A stretch of DNA of 63,138 bases, filler included, from Octopus bimaculoides (taxonomy: Eukaryota): the NCBI RefSeq assembly GCF_001194135.2. It is 10 parts of 9 records of this genome, joined end to end, with 100 filler letters (N's around TTAATTAATTAA, not from the genome) between each part and the next. Parts side by side here need not be neighbours in the genome. Positions count along the whole stretch, not along the records: positions 10,797 to 19,459 come from NC_068986.1; positions 19,560 to 23,306 come from NW_026387853.1; positions 23,407 to 34,739 come from NC_068987.1; 7 more parts are not named here. One strand, given 5' to 3'. Both the position numbers and the translations under genes were made by a program. Positions within the stretch are counted from its first letter, which is position 1; every line of letters begins with the position of its first letter. Positions 12,110 to 23,966 of this stretch are shown here, piece by piece. The notes below the pieces were generated by a model. The model was not told the DNA's origin, made no database searches, and saw nothing but the letters and a program-made list of their open reading frames with translations.

Positions 12110-13656
12110 GAGTTGCAGATTAGAGACTATATTTCCATACAGAAACAACGCTTCCGGGTTTTTTTGTGCAGAGGGTGGGTGCATCAAGGTCTCCTTGCTA
12201 TACTCCATTTTCCACAGCAAAAGATTCAGAGAGCCTACCACCAAAATTAACTCTAACTTTCATATCTTGATGCAAACCCTGACCATGTTTACAATTTTTT
12301 CTTGGCAACCTATTTTTCTTAGAATTAGCCACACAGCATTTCGATTAACAGTATCAAATGTTTTGCTGAAATCAACAAAGCAATGGTATAGAGCAAGATT
12401 CTGTTCAATGCACTTTTCTTGTAATTGTCTGACAGTAAAGATACAATTAGCTGTACCCCTGGAGGAACAAAAACCACACTGAGACCCAGACACTATATTT
12501 GGAACTATAAAGGTATTTAAACGTTCTAACAAAATGCGGGCAAGTACCTTTCCAGCCACAGACAAAAACGAAATCTCACGGAAATTACCGCACAGATCCT
12601 TTGGCCCCAATTTATATAAGGAGACTAAAATGGCATCAATCCAGTCTTGAGGTACTTTCTCAGTTCTCCAACAGTGACAAATTAATATATTTAAGAGTTC
12701 AAACATTTTGTCACCCACATATTTCAAGACTTCTGCACAGATTCCATCAGAGTCTGGAGACTTATTGTTATTTAGCTTATTCACAGCTACATAAATGTCA
12801 TTTAGAGTTGGTTCAAATGCCATCTTTTCCATAACTGGAAGGTGTTCAATTTTTCTATCGTCCTCACGTCAACGGATAATGGTCTATTCAAAAGTGCAGG
12901 AAAATATTCTACCCAACGCTTATGAATAGAAGCGGTGTCAGAAGAAAACGTCCATTTGCTGTTCTCACTGGAGCTATTGAAGATTTTGGGCCATATACCT
13001 CCTTAACATAAGGGCACAAACCCTCGGCATCATTTCTATTAGCTGCTTCTTGTGACCCTTTTATTCTATCATTCCACCATTCCTGCTTAATTTTCCTTAG
13101 AGCAGTCTGCACTTTCCTTTTCAGTTTTCTGTAAGCTTCGTTTGAGTTGGGGTTCAAGGACTGAGAAAGAAGTGTATTGCCTAAGTTTTGTTTTTCTAAA
13201 AGTAGATCATGAATTTCTGCTGATTTATCTGAGAATCAGTCACTGGATTTATGTGATTTAAATCCCACTGACGAACTTGCAGCCTGAAATACTTTAGTTT
13301 TGAAATCTTCCCATAGATTGTTCGGGTCAAGATTGATATTTTCTATAGCATCGTGGAATCTTTGCAAGTTGCTTGATAATTTAAAGTTTGCAACATTTAA
13401 CTTTTGGGTACTTTATAACCAGACTGATAATTTTTAGGCATTATCGAAAAATCTATTTTTCCACGCACTAGATGATGGTCAGTCCAGCTCTCTGTTCCTC
13501 TCATGACTCGAACACTAGAAACGTCTTTCATATCACGTTTTCTGCTCAGAATGTAATCTATGAGATGCTAGTGCTTAGATCTTGGGTGCATCCAGGTGAT
13601 TTTATATTTATTTTTCTGCTTAAACAGATGTTGGTGACAACCAGATTATTCTCAGT
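12110..13656 (-). mobile_element. Decayed RTE-clade LINE: endonuclease C-terminus, linker and RT domains 0-3
   Basis: TWMHPRSKH*HLIDY; KSPDSDGICAEVLK; ISFLSVAGKVLARILLERL; SQCGF; RQLQEKCIEQN; FVDFSKTFDTV; GV.QG..APTL; multiple disablements. Confidence 0.93.
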
Positions 13657-14688
13657 ACATATATACACCCTCATACACGTATATCTATGTGTACATATAT
13701 ATATATGTATGTATATANNNNNNNNNNNNNNNNNNNNNNNNNNNNNNNNNNNNNNNNNNNNNNNNNNNNNNNNNNNNNNNNNNNNNNNNNNNNNNNNNNN
13801 NNNNNNNNNNNNNNNNNNNNNNNNNNNNNNNNNNNNNNNNNNNNNNNNNNNNNNNNNNNNNNNNNNNNNNNNNNNNNNNNNNNNNNNNNNNNNNNNNNNN
13901 NNNNNNNNNNNNNNNNNNNNNNNNNNNNNNNNNNNNNNNNNNNNNNNNNNNNNNNNNNNNNNNNNNNNNNNNNNNNNNNNNNNNNNNNNNNNNNNNNNNN
14001 NNNNNNNNNNNNNNNNNNNNNNNNNNNNNNNNNNNNNNNNNNNNNNNNNNNNNNNNNNNNNNNNNNNNNNNNNNNNNNNNNNNNNNNNNNNNNNNNNNNN
14101 NNNNNNNNNNNNNNNNNNNNNNNNNNNNNNNNNNNNNNNNNNNNNNNNNNNNNNNNNNNNNNNNNNNNNNNNNNNNNNNNNNNNNNNNNNNNNNNNNNNN
14201 NNNNNNNNNNNNNNNNNNNNNNNNNNNNNNNNNNNNNNNNNNNNNNNNNNNNNNNNNNNNNNNNNNNNNNNNNNNNNNNNNNNNNNNNNNNNNNNNNNNN
14301 NNNNNNNNNNNNNNNNNNNNNNNNNNNNNNNNNNNNNNNNNNNNNNNNNNNNNNNNNNNNNNNNNNNNNNNNNNNNNNNNNNNNNNNNNNNNNNNNNNNN
14401 NNNNNNNNNNNNNNNNNNNNNNNNNNNNNNNNNNNNNNNNNNNNNNNNNNNNNNNNNNNNNNNNNNNNNNNNNNNNNNNNNNNNNNNNNNNNNNNNNNNN
14501 NNNNNNNNNNNNNNNNNNNNNNNNNNNNNNNNNNNNNNNNNNNNNNNNNNNNNNNNNNNNNNNNNNNNNNNNNNNNNNNNNNNNNNNNNNNNNNNNNNNN
14601 NNNNNNNNNNNNNNNNNNNNNNNNNNNNNNNNNNNNNNNNNNNNTGTGTGTATATGTGTGTGCATATATATTTATACATACATACATA

Positions 14689-14721
<33 letters not shown>

Positions 14722-14746
14722 ATAAATATATATGTGTGTGTATATG

Positions 14747-14777
<31 letters not shown>

Positions 14778-14795
14778 ATACATATATGTGTGTGC

Positions 14796-14830
<35 letters not shown>

Positions 14831-16877
14831 ATCGGCAGTAACAACAACGAACCTAACAATATTCTTAAGAAAATCTAAACTCTTTTTTTTAAATTATGGA
14901 ATTCCTTAAGTACCACAATATTCACATAGCAACAGTTACTGATGTGAATGTTTGTCTATCTCTCTGAAATCAACACCCTAGAAATGACTATTAGGGCATT
15001 TTCATATTTTCTTTTATTATTTGTTTGGAAGAATAAAGTCTCTAAATCCACCATAATCACCAACGTTTCTAAATTTTTACAATCTTATCTTCGAGATGGA
15101 AATTGTTTTTGGCTTGTCCAACTGCATCATTGTGATGGTAGGCAAACATTTGGACGTCAGATTTGATAGACTTTTAGCGAGTTTGGTTGTTGAATGAAAA
15201 GCGGTTTAAGACCTGATAATATAATGTCTTTTCATTAAAAGAAGTCTGGATGAATAACAATAAGAAAATACAAAGCTAGTTAAAATTTATCGCACTACAA
15301 CATTTATTTAAAGTGAAAGCATTAATTGGCACAACAAATAGAACTCTGTCAAAATCTTGACAGGGTTTTACAATGTTTCTCGAAGTTGAAGTTAAATGTT
15401 AGAAGAAATACAAAACATAGCGTCAAAGGTTCTGGTTACAAATCTTTCCTTGCTGAAAACTGCAAATAGGTATCGAAGACCAAAACTCACTCGTAACAAA
15501 CTCCAGAGACACTAGACTAGTCTTTCACGTTAAGGGATGGACAGTCCACGTAAAGTTAAATGGACTTAACCATCACGTGATGAACCAAAAATAGGTAGCT
15601 AAAAATAAGAAGCCACAATGTGGGTAGCTAAAGGTAAAGAGCAATTATGCTTCTGTTACTGATTTATACACCATTAGTTACATGTTTATTTTGTTTGTGG
15701 CGTGCCTATTTTTGTTATCTGTGTGTCTGTTTTGGCTTTGTGCATTGTTATGAGGATATTGCTTACATCATAAATCGCATATTTTTATGTGTATTTATAT
15801 AAAGCATGAATGTGTTACCGTTATCCACTAATCTTTTCCTATCTAATTTAGCTTTGATATACGGTGCAGTCCATAATTCATCCATATTATATAAAATTCC
15901 TGACCCTTCCCTAGTAGACGATTAATGAGGAGAAATTTGTCACAATTATGCTCCTCGGTTAAGGATCAGACATTACCAACACAGTGCTAGAGGTAAGTAC
16001 CTGAAGGATGGGGATTGAGGTAGAAATGAGATTCGATCGGGATGGAGTAGAAGTGTGTGCAGTGAGTGGTGGGGCGGCGAAAATTGGGGTTGGGAGAGGG
16101 TGGTCAATCTTAAAAATATGTATAAACATGTACATGTATGTGCATGTATGTATTTTTATGTAATATATTATGTGTGGAAAACCTTGTACAGAACTTTCAA
16201 ACTATGATGATGGGAAATACTCAATACAAGCATGCTTACATATATATACAAACATACAAGCTTGTACGCTTGTATTCATAATGCGGATAATGAACATAAA
16301 TCTTAAAGCTTCCAAGTACGTATCACCGTCCATGTGGGCAGGGTCGGAAAATCTCGCTTTTACAGTTTAGTTAGGTATCCGAGTGAAGAAAGCTCTTTAG
16401 CGCAAATCTTTTCGTTACTAAGTAGAGTCTGCACCTACTGCTATCGAAGTGAGCTTGTTACATACAAACACACACATGCATATACATATCCACACGTTTT
16501 TAAGACTGTCCACTCTTCCCCATCCTTATTTCCCCTCTCCACTGGACACACGTATATCCTTTACCACTCACACCTCAGCCTCAACTTCATTCTGCTGGTA
16601 CTCACACTACACTGTTGTGACACTGATTATTACCGAAGAGGTGTATCTATGCCAAAATGCCTCTTCTGAATTTCTCCCACACGTATTTTAGTTTTTGTTC
16701 TGGTTTTTACCAATAACCACAATCCGAATATGATACATCCCGATCTCCTGTAGCAGAAGGCCGTCACCATACTCTATCTACAAGTGACGAGATTGTTGCT
16801 TTTTACATACTCATGTGTACGAAACCCATTGGTAAAATCGGTTGAAATGGGCCTAATAATACTGCATTGTACAAATA

Positions 16878-17089
16878 TAGATCTCAAATTTTGGTACAAG
16901 GCCAGCAATTTCGGGGCAGGGGTTAAGATTACATCAACTCCAGTACTCAACTGGTACTTACTTTATCGTCCCCGAAAGGATGAAAAGCAAAATCGACTTC
17001 GGTGGAATTTGAACTCAGAACGTAAAAACGGTTGAAATGCCGTTAAGCATTTTGCCTGGTGTGCTAACGATTCTGCTTGCCCACCGCTT
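16878..17089 (-). mobile_element. SINE family A copy (tail type 3)
   Basis: Reverse complement of family A head/core; B-box gttcaaattcc; tail aattgctggccttgtaccaaaatttga. Confidence 0.85.
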
Positions 17090-17423
17090 TACTGAATTGT
17101 ATAAATATTAATATACATACATACATACATACATACATACATACATACATACATACATACATGCATACAGACAGACAGACAGACAGACAAACATACATAA
17201 TACAAGCATGCTTACATATATATACAAACATACATACATACATATATACATACATATATACAAGCATACATACAAGAATGCATGCATACGCGTATATATG
17301 TCTGTATGCATTCATGTACATATACCTATGTGTGTGTGTATATGTATGTACATATATGTATAAGTATATTTATATATGGACATAAACACACACACACACA
17401 CACACACATACACACACACACAC

Positions 17424-17469
<46 letters not shown>

Positions 17470-17989
17470 AAACACACACATACATACACAAATAATGTGA
17501 TGGTAAGCGTGTCTATGTTTTCAATTCGGTTTCGAAACTGAGTCTTTAGGTTGGCTTGCTAGAATTACCATTATTCTACAGAGTTTCCATAGAATGTATG
17601 TGACTATTAATTGGAAATTCTCCGATAGAACAATAAGTTATATTGCAATCCAAACAACAACATGTTACCGAGAGAAGAGAAAAAAAAAACCAACAGCTCT
17701 CTGTTTGTTTCTTCATTATATATGTATTTTTTGTGTTAATTTCCAATCGATTTCTTCAAAAAGACTAATTTAAATATCGATCTGAAAATTAAGTTAAGCG
17801 AGTGTCCATAGGAAGAATACAAAAGTAAATAAATAAATATATAAACAAATAAATAAATAAATAAATGCAGAACCGAGAAAAAAGTGCTGAGTAACTAATT
17901 AAATATAAAAAAGTTTTTAAAATAATTATTTAAAACACAAAAATAGTCCGTTTGATAATTACTGGAAACATACGTCATAAATGGTGCAC

Positions 17990-18255
17990 CATCAACAAAA
18001 ATAACGACAAAAACAAACAACAAAAGTAACAGCAGCAACAACAACAAGAACAACAACAGTAATAATAACACCACTACCATCCACAACAACAGCAGCTACA
18101 ATTACAACACTAACTACAGCAGGAAACAAGAACTCAATAACAAACAACAAATAATTAAGAGTGAATAGACAAACATAGCAACAATAACAACGGGGAAAAT
18201 TAACACTGACAACTAGACTAGCAACAACAACAACAACAACAGCAATAACAACGGC

Positions 18256-18287
<32 letters not shown>

Positions 18288-18357
18288 CAACAACAACATC
18301 AGTAACGACGACGACGACAACAACAACAATAACAACAACAACAACAATAACAACAAC

Positions 18358-18392
<35 letters not shown>

Positions 18393-18426
18393 TAATAATA
18401 ATAACAATAATAATAATAAAAATAAA

Positions 18427-18486
<60 letters not shown>

Positions 18487-18490
18487 TATG

Positions 18491-18585
<95 letters not shown>
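17990..18585. repeat. (AAC)n/(AAT)n microsatellite
   Basis: Direct reading. Confidence 0.95.
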
Positions 18586-19062
18586 CCAGGTAGTAGCTCG
18601 CATGGTTTCTGATCTTAACTGATTGGAATTGGTATCATGTACATTGTTTTGTCTTGGTATAAAAGATGGACTACAACAAATATTCTGCTCAATACCACAG
18701 ATTTGCTTGTCAGTTGTTTGACCTTAACCAGTTGCGCATGTCCCTTAATGGCTGAAGATATGTGCATCTCTGATCAGGAGCAGAAATAGTTGGGGAGTAT
18801 CATCACCATGTGTTGAGAAGAATTCTTTGGGGTTTGAATAATTCACCTCTGGAGTGGGATGGGCTACTTGATCTGAAGAAAATTCTAACTGGGCCTCACC
18901 TGCAAAGTCATGTGTTGTTTATCTTGATATGAGATCACCATGTCGTGCACATTGAGTTGCAATGCACATGCCTGGTCTACCCTTATCAGACAGGTAGTCA
19001 TGTTGGACTTCGTATATTTTACTCCAGTGTCTCTTTGATGGCATGCACCGCTCTCTCACTCC
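18586..19062 (+). mobile_element. Non-coding interspersed element flanked on both sides by (AAT)n, probably a retroelement 3' region
   Basis: Complex sequence between two (AAT)n tracts; second copy at 6110-6240. Confidence 0.6.
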
Positions 19063-19107
19063 ATAGTAATTATAATAATAATAATGATATTAGTAATAGT
19101 AATAGTA

Positions 19108-19164
<57 letters not shown>

Positions 19165-19168
<4 letters not shown>

Positions 19169-19459
19169 CAATACCTATTGTCAAAAATGTGGAATCTGAA
19201 GACGAAAACAATACCTATTGTCATAGATGCCCTGGGAATGACAGCGAAACGGGCTGATTACTACCTAGCTCAGATACCAGAAAACCCCAAAATGGCTGAA
19301 GTTCAAAAGATAGTGCTCATGGGAATTGCCCATGTCCTACGTAAAATACTGTCTATGTGATCTCAAATTTTAAAGCAAACACATAATTTTCTTATGGTTT
19401 CTTAAACATTCACTTGAACAAAACTGTACAAAACCAAATATATGGTACCCTAGGCATAA
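19165..19459 (+). mobile_element. 5'-truncated restriction-like-endonuclease non-LTR retrotransposon (R4/Dong-like): ORF end and 3'UTR
   Basis: MWNLKTKTIPIVIDALG...EVQKIVLMGIAHVLRKILSM* (stop 19358-19360) resembles the RLE C-terminus; 5' junction directly on (AAT)n. Confidence 0.8.
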
Positions 19460-20957
19460 NNNNNNNNNNNNNNNNNNNNNNNNNNNNNNNNNNNNNNNNN
19501 NNNTTAATTAATTAANNNNNNNNNNNNNNNNNNNNNNNNNNNNNNNNNNNNNNNNNNNNGTGTGTGTGTAATTGAAATGTCAACATATTTCAAATTCCTT
19601 GCATAAAATAATGTTGTTCTTATATAAAGAATATCTAGAGCCCATTGAAGCTTGCATTTCTGTCACTTTCTTCCCAGAAGAACACTTAAATATTTGAAAC
19701 AGCAATAATTATTACCAATATGTGTTGAAAGATAAGGATAACAAATATGTAGATGTAAAAGCTAAAATGTTCTTACATATATATATAAGAGCATATATAC
19801 ACGTATATAAATGCAATCACATGTGTGTGTGTTCATGTGTGCATACATGTATACATACATATATATATATATATATNNNNNNNNNNNNNNNNNNNNNNNN
19901 NNNNNNNNNNNNNNNNNNNNNNNNNNNNNNTATATATATATATACAGACAAATATATAGACTTTTATATAAATACACACACACACACATATATATACTTA
20001 TAGATAGAAATCATATGCTGATATATATATGTGTGTGTGTNNNNNNNNNNNNNNNNNNNNNNNNNNNNNNNNNNNNNNNNNNNNNNNNNNNNNNNNNNNN
20101 NNNNNNNNNNNNNNNNNNNNNNNNNNNNNNNNNNNNNNNNNNNNNNNNNNNNNNNNNNNNNNNNNNNNNNNNNNNNNNNNNNNNNNNNNNNNNNNNNNNN
20201 NNNNNNNNNNNNNNNNNNNNNNNNNNNNNNNNNNNNNNNNNNNNNNNNNNNNNNNNNNNNNNNNNNNNNNNNNNNNNNNNNNNNNNNNNNNNNNNNNNNN
20301 NNNNNNNNNNNNNNNNNNNNNNNNNNNNNNNNNNNNNNNNNNNNNNNNNNNNNNNNNNNNNNNNNNNNNNNNNNNNNNNNNNNNNNNNNNNNNNNNNNNN
20401 NNNNNNNNNNNNNNNNNNNNNNNNNNNNNNNNNNNNNNNNNNNNNNNNNNNNNNNNNNNNNNNNNNNNNNNNNNNNNNNNNNNNNNNNNNNNNNNNNNNN
20501 NNNNNNNNNNNNNNNNNNNNNNNNNNNNNNNGACCTCTTATTGATTGGCACAAAGTCTTTGCTACCAACATACTTACAATCTTTGACCCCCAGCTGTGGA
20601 ACCTTTTCTCTGTGCTGTTATGAGTTCAGTCACNNNNNNNNNNGACCCCCAGCTGTGGAACCTTTTCTCTGTGCTGTTATGAGTTCAGTCACCAACACAT
20701 TACAAGCCCTGACCCACAGATATGGTGTCCCATGCCTCTACGGTTTCTCTTGCCACCTCATGGAGTCATTCAGCAACAAACTCAAGCCTTTGGTTTACAG
20801 ATATGTTATTCCCTTGTTCAGTCTTTTCTAACAAAACTGCAATGACTGCTTCTTCTCAGGGTTTGGCCATCTCATTCTGCTTCTGCTCAGGGCTTCCCAA
20901 CTTTTCTCTCTTCCTCTTTCCAATTTTATTACCCTCCATATATCATCAATCCTCATC

Positions 20958-21170
20958 ATCCTCATCAACATTTAAAATATCCGTTTTCCATGCTAGTATG
21001 AATTGGACAGCTTGACAAGAACTGGCAAGGCCAGTGGCCACACCATGATTCCATAGTCTGTTTTGGCTTGACTTCTACTTCCTAACACCAACCACTTTAC
21101 AGAGTGTATGGAGTACTTTTACATGGCACCATCACCAGAGCTTTTTATGTTGCACCAGCAGCAACACCAT
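20958..21170 (+). mobile_element. Repeat family D (LINE 3' end/SINE-like, starts at (CAT)n)
   Basis: catcat..tccgttttccatgctag..ttggacag..ttcctaacaccaaccact..ttttacatggcacc; homologous to 21420-21690, 57726-58185 and 60417-60461. Confidence 0.7.
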
Positions 21171-21419
21171 TGCTTTTTACATGGCACCTTCGTTTTAGGA
21201 TTTCAATTCTGTTGTGCTGGATGGATCTTCTTGAGTACAGCAATGCACTTCATATCTCGGTTTTCTGTCATCTCCTTCGTAAGGCTCAGCATTTTGAGAC
21301 CGGCCCTCAATACTTCATCCTATTGAGATCAGCCTTCAATATGCTGTGTGTGTGTGTNNNNNNNNNNCATGAACGTGCATGTGTATGTAGATATAGATGG
21401 ATAGCTAGATGTATAGCAA

Positions 21420-21690
21420 GATTCATCATCATTGAATGTCCGTCTACCATGCTGGCATAGGTTGGACAGTNNNNNNNNNNTGTCCGTCTACCATGCTGGC
21501 ATAGGTTGGACAGTTTCACAGGAGCTGGTCAGCCAGTGAGCTGCACCTGACTCCCTTGTCTGTTTTGTCATGGTTTCTACAGCTGGATACCTTTTCAAAT
21601 GCCAACCACTTCACTGAGTGTACTGGATGTTTTTTATGTGCACCAGCACTGATGCTTTTTACATGGCACCAACACCAATGAGGTCACCAA
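21420..21690 (+). mobile_element. Repeat family D copy
   Basis: As for 20958-21170; contains an artefactual duplication across a 10-N gap. Confidence 0.7.
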
Positions 21691-22007
21691 GCAATTTGCA
21701 AGACAAAAAGCTCTTAGCTTGGAGAGAGAGTGGAACCAAGAGAAGTGGCTTTGTGCCAAATTATATATATTATGTATATTATTGACCACACATATTCAAT
21801 GTATGTGTTTTGTTTGTTTGCCAGTTCACTGCCATGAAGTGCCTGAAGGACGACTCCCTCATAGCACTGGGAGTTAAAACACCTGAAAGTCATAGACAGG
21901 CGAAATTACCTGTAACAGATTCCATCCAGGACAGATGGATACTGATAATCCAAAATTTTTGTGGCTTATCAACATCAAGTACCTGAAAATATGTATATAT
22001 ATAAGTA

Positions 22008-22236
22008 AGGTTAATCGCCACATAAATGTGGCCATTTCATGTTACTACTAGTTTAACCNNNNNNNNNNNNNNNNNNNNNNNNNNNNNNNNNNNNNNNNNN
22101 NNNNNNNNNNNNNNNNNNNNNNNNNNNNNNNNNNNNNNNNNNNNNNNNNNNNNNNNNNNNNNNNNNCTACCAGACAACAGGGTCATGAAACTGAATCAGT
22201 TTTGAGCTGGTTGACTCATCTTCAGTTGTGAGTACC
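22008..22236 (-). mobile_element. Hammerhead-bearing structured element, copy 1 (degenerate ribozyme, partly in gap)
   Basis: Both sides of the 108-N gap align to 22438-22655. Confidence 0.7.
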
Positions 22237-22437
22237 TGGTCGTCAGAAAGATAGCCAGGGTCCACTCCAGCCAGCAATATATTGTAAACAAAGCGACCTT
22301 TGGTCACTGATTTGCAGCAAGCAAAATAGCTAGTTATAAAATNNNNNNNNNNCGACCTTTGGTCACTGATTTGCAGCAAGCAAAATAGCTAGTTATAAAA
22401 TCTCAAGAAGCAATCAGAGTAGTAATTATACTAACAA

Positions 22438-22655
22438 ATAAAGTTAATCACCACATCAAAGTGGCTGTTCTATGCTACTACTAGTTTAACCCCAGGCAGA
22501 TCTTCTGCCAGCTGGTTATCAGTGTGGCACTGCACCCTGTATATACATATATATTGCTAGTAGGGGGAACAAACCCCTACTATCCTCTAGCAGACAAGAG
22601 GATTGTGAGACTGACTCAGTTTCGAGCTGGTTGGCTCATCTTCAGTCACAAGTAC
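22438..22655 (-). mobile_element. Hammerhead-bearing structured element, copy 2 (retrozyme/Penelope pseudo-LTR-like)
   Basis: Contains an intact hammerhead plus hairpins at 22495-22509, 22558-22582 and 22582-22603. Confidence 0.7.
22603..22651 (-). ncRNA. Minimal type I hammerhead ribozyme
   Basis: UUGUGA CUGAAGA U GAGC caacca GCUC GAAA CUGA G UCAGU C^UCACAA: stem I 6 bp, stem II 4 bp, palindromic helix III ACUGA-G-UCAGU, GUC cleavage triplet. Confidence 0.88.
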
Positions 22656-23494
22656 TGAGGGGATAAGTAAAATCCAAGCAATCACCTCAGCAACACTTCT
22701 TGCAGAAACCTGGCCATCAAAGTGTTTCAATAACAGTGTAAAGGTCACACCTTTCAAGAAGCCAAAGAATACTTTGAACAATTATTAAAGGAGCACTTCA
22801 CCAAGCCAAGGCATTATTGTTTTTTCTTTTTTTTGCTCCTTTCACAGATTTCCATGACTTTCTGTTACCATCCAATTCCATTATTATGAATTTGAATTGG
22901 GAACTAGAGTCATAAAGAACCTTTCATTCGCTGCTTGTGCATCCATGGATGCTAACCCTATGGATGTATTGCAGTTACTCTCTTGATCAAGCTTTGTGAT
23001 CCTGACCTCTGACCTTCTAGGATTCCCTCACTCAGCATCAATGTAAGAAGCTCCTGTGGCTCAGTTGAGCCCTTCTGCTACCTTTTCACAATCCACCATG
23101 CTGCAGCCCCATGATTTCACCATGTCCCTGGCAGGGTGGCTGAACAGGTGCTATGCCTTGCCAAAGGGCTGCCCATAACTATGCAAGGCACGGTCACCAC
23201 ACTGTGAGGAAGTATTTTCAAAATACCCACATACCTGGGTATATCAAATGGGCATGTTATAATCAAATCCTCACAGAATGAATAACAATAATTCTAATTG
23301 AGTGCANNNNNNNNNNNNNNNNNNNNNNNNNNNNNNNNNNNNNNNNNNNNTTAATTAATTAANNNNNNNNNNNNNNNNNNNNNNNNNNNNNNNNNNNNNN
23401 NNNNNNTATATATATATACATATATGTATGTATGTATGTATGTATACAGCTCCAATATGTGCTAATTTGTTCTGTAATATATGATATAATATAT

Positions 23495-23918
23495 GCGGCT
23501 GGGTGGTAAGAAGCTTTATTTCCAAGAACATGGCTCCGGTTTCAGTGCCACTGCTTGGCAACTTCAGCAAGTGTCTTGTACTATAGCCTCGGGCCGAACA
23601 ATGCTTTGTGAGTAGATTTGGTAGACGGAAACTCAAAGAGGCTCGTCGTATATATATATTTATATATATGTATGTGTATAAATGTATATATATTTATGCG
23701 TGTATCGTTGTGATAGTGTTTGTCCCCTAACTTTCGGTTGACTACTGATGTTGGTGCGTTTACGTCTCCCTAACCCCAGTGGTTCAGCAAATTAGACTCA
23801 CAAAATAATTACTAGGCTTACAAAGAATAATTCCTGGGATCGAATTCTCCGACTAAAAAGCCCTATAAGGCGATGCTCCAGAATGGCTGCAGTCAAATGA
23901 CTGAAACAAATAAAATGA
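23495..23918 (+). mobile_element. Composite tRNA/CORE-like SINE family C with internal (TA/TG)n
   Basis: gtggtaagaagc head; agcaagtgtcttgtactatagcctcgggccga core; tail gctccagaatggctgcagtcaaatgactgaaacaaataaaa; other pieces at 26270-26345, 26680-26770, 33630-33690, 40875-41100, 57500-57705 and 58200-58275. Confidence 0.85.
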
Positions 23919-23923
23919 CCTAA

Positions 23924-23966
<43 letters not shown>

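Noticed and set aside
18752-18795. CUGAAGA...GAAA in the (AAT)-flanked element
   Set aside because: No NUH triplet with stem I pairing; the homologous copy at 6170 has GAAG
20585-20692. Direct repeats across 10-N gaps (also 21440-21515 and 22294-22401)
   Set aside because: Exact overlaps on both sides of a 10-N gap are unmerged contig ends
20531-20900. Possible LINE or host exon
   Set aside because: No recognisable motif in any frame I translated
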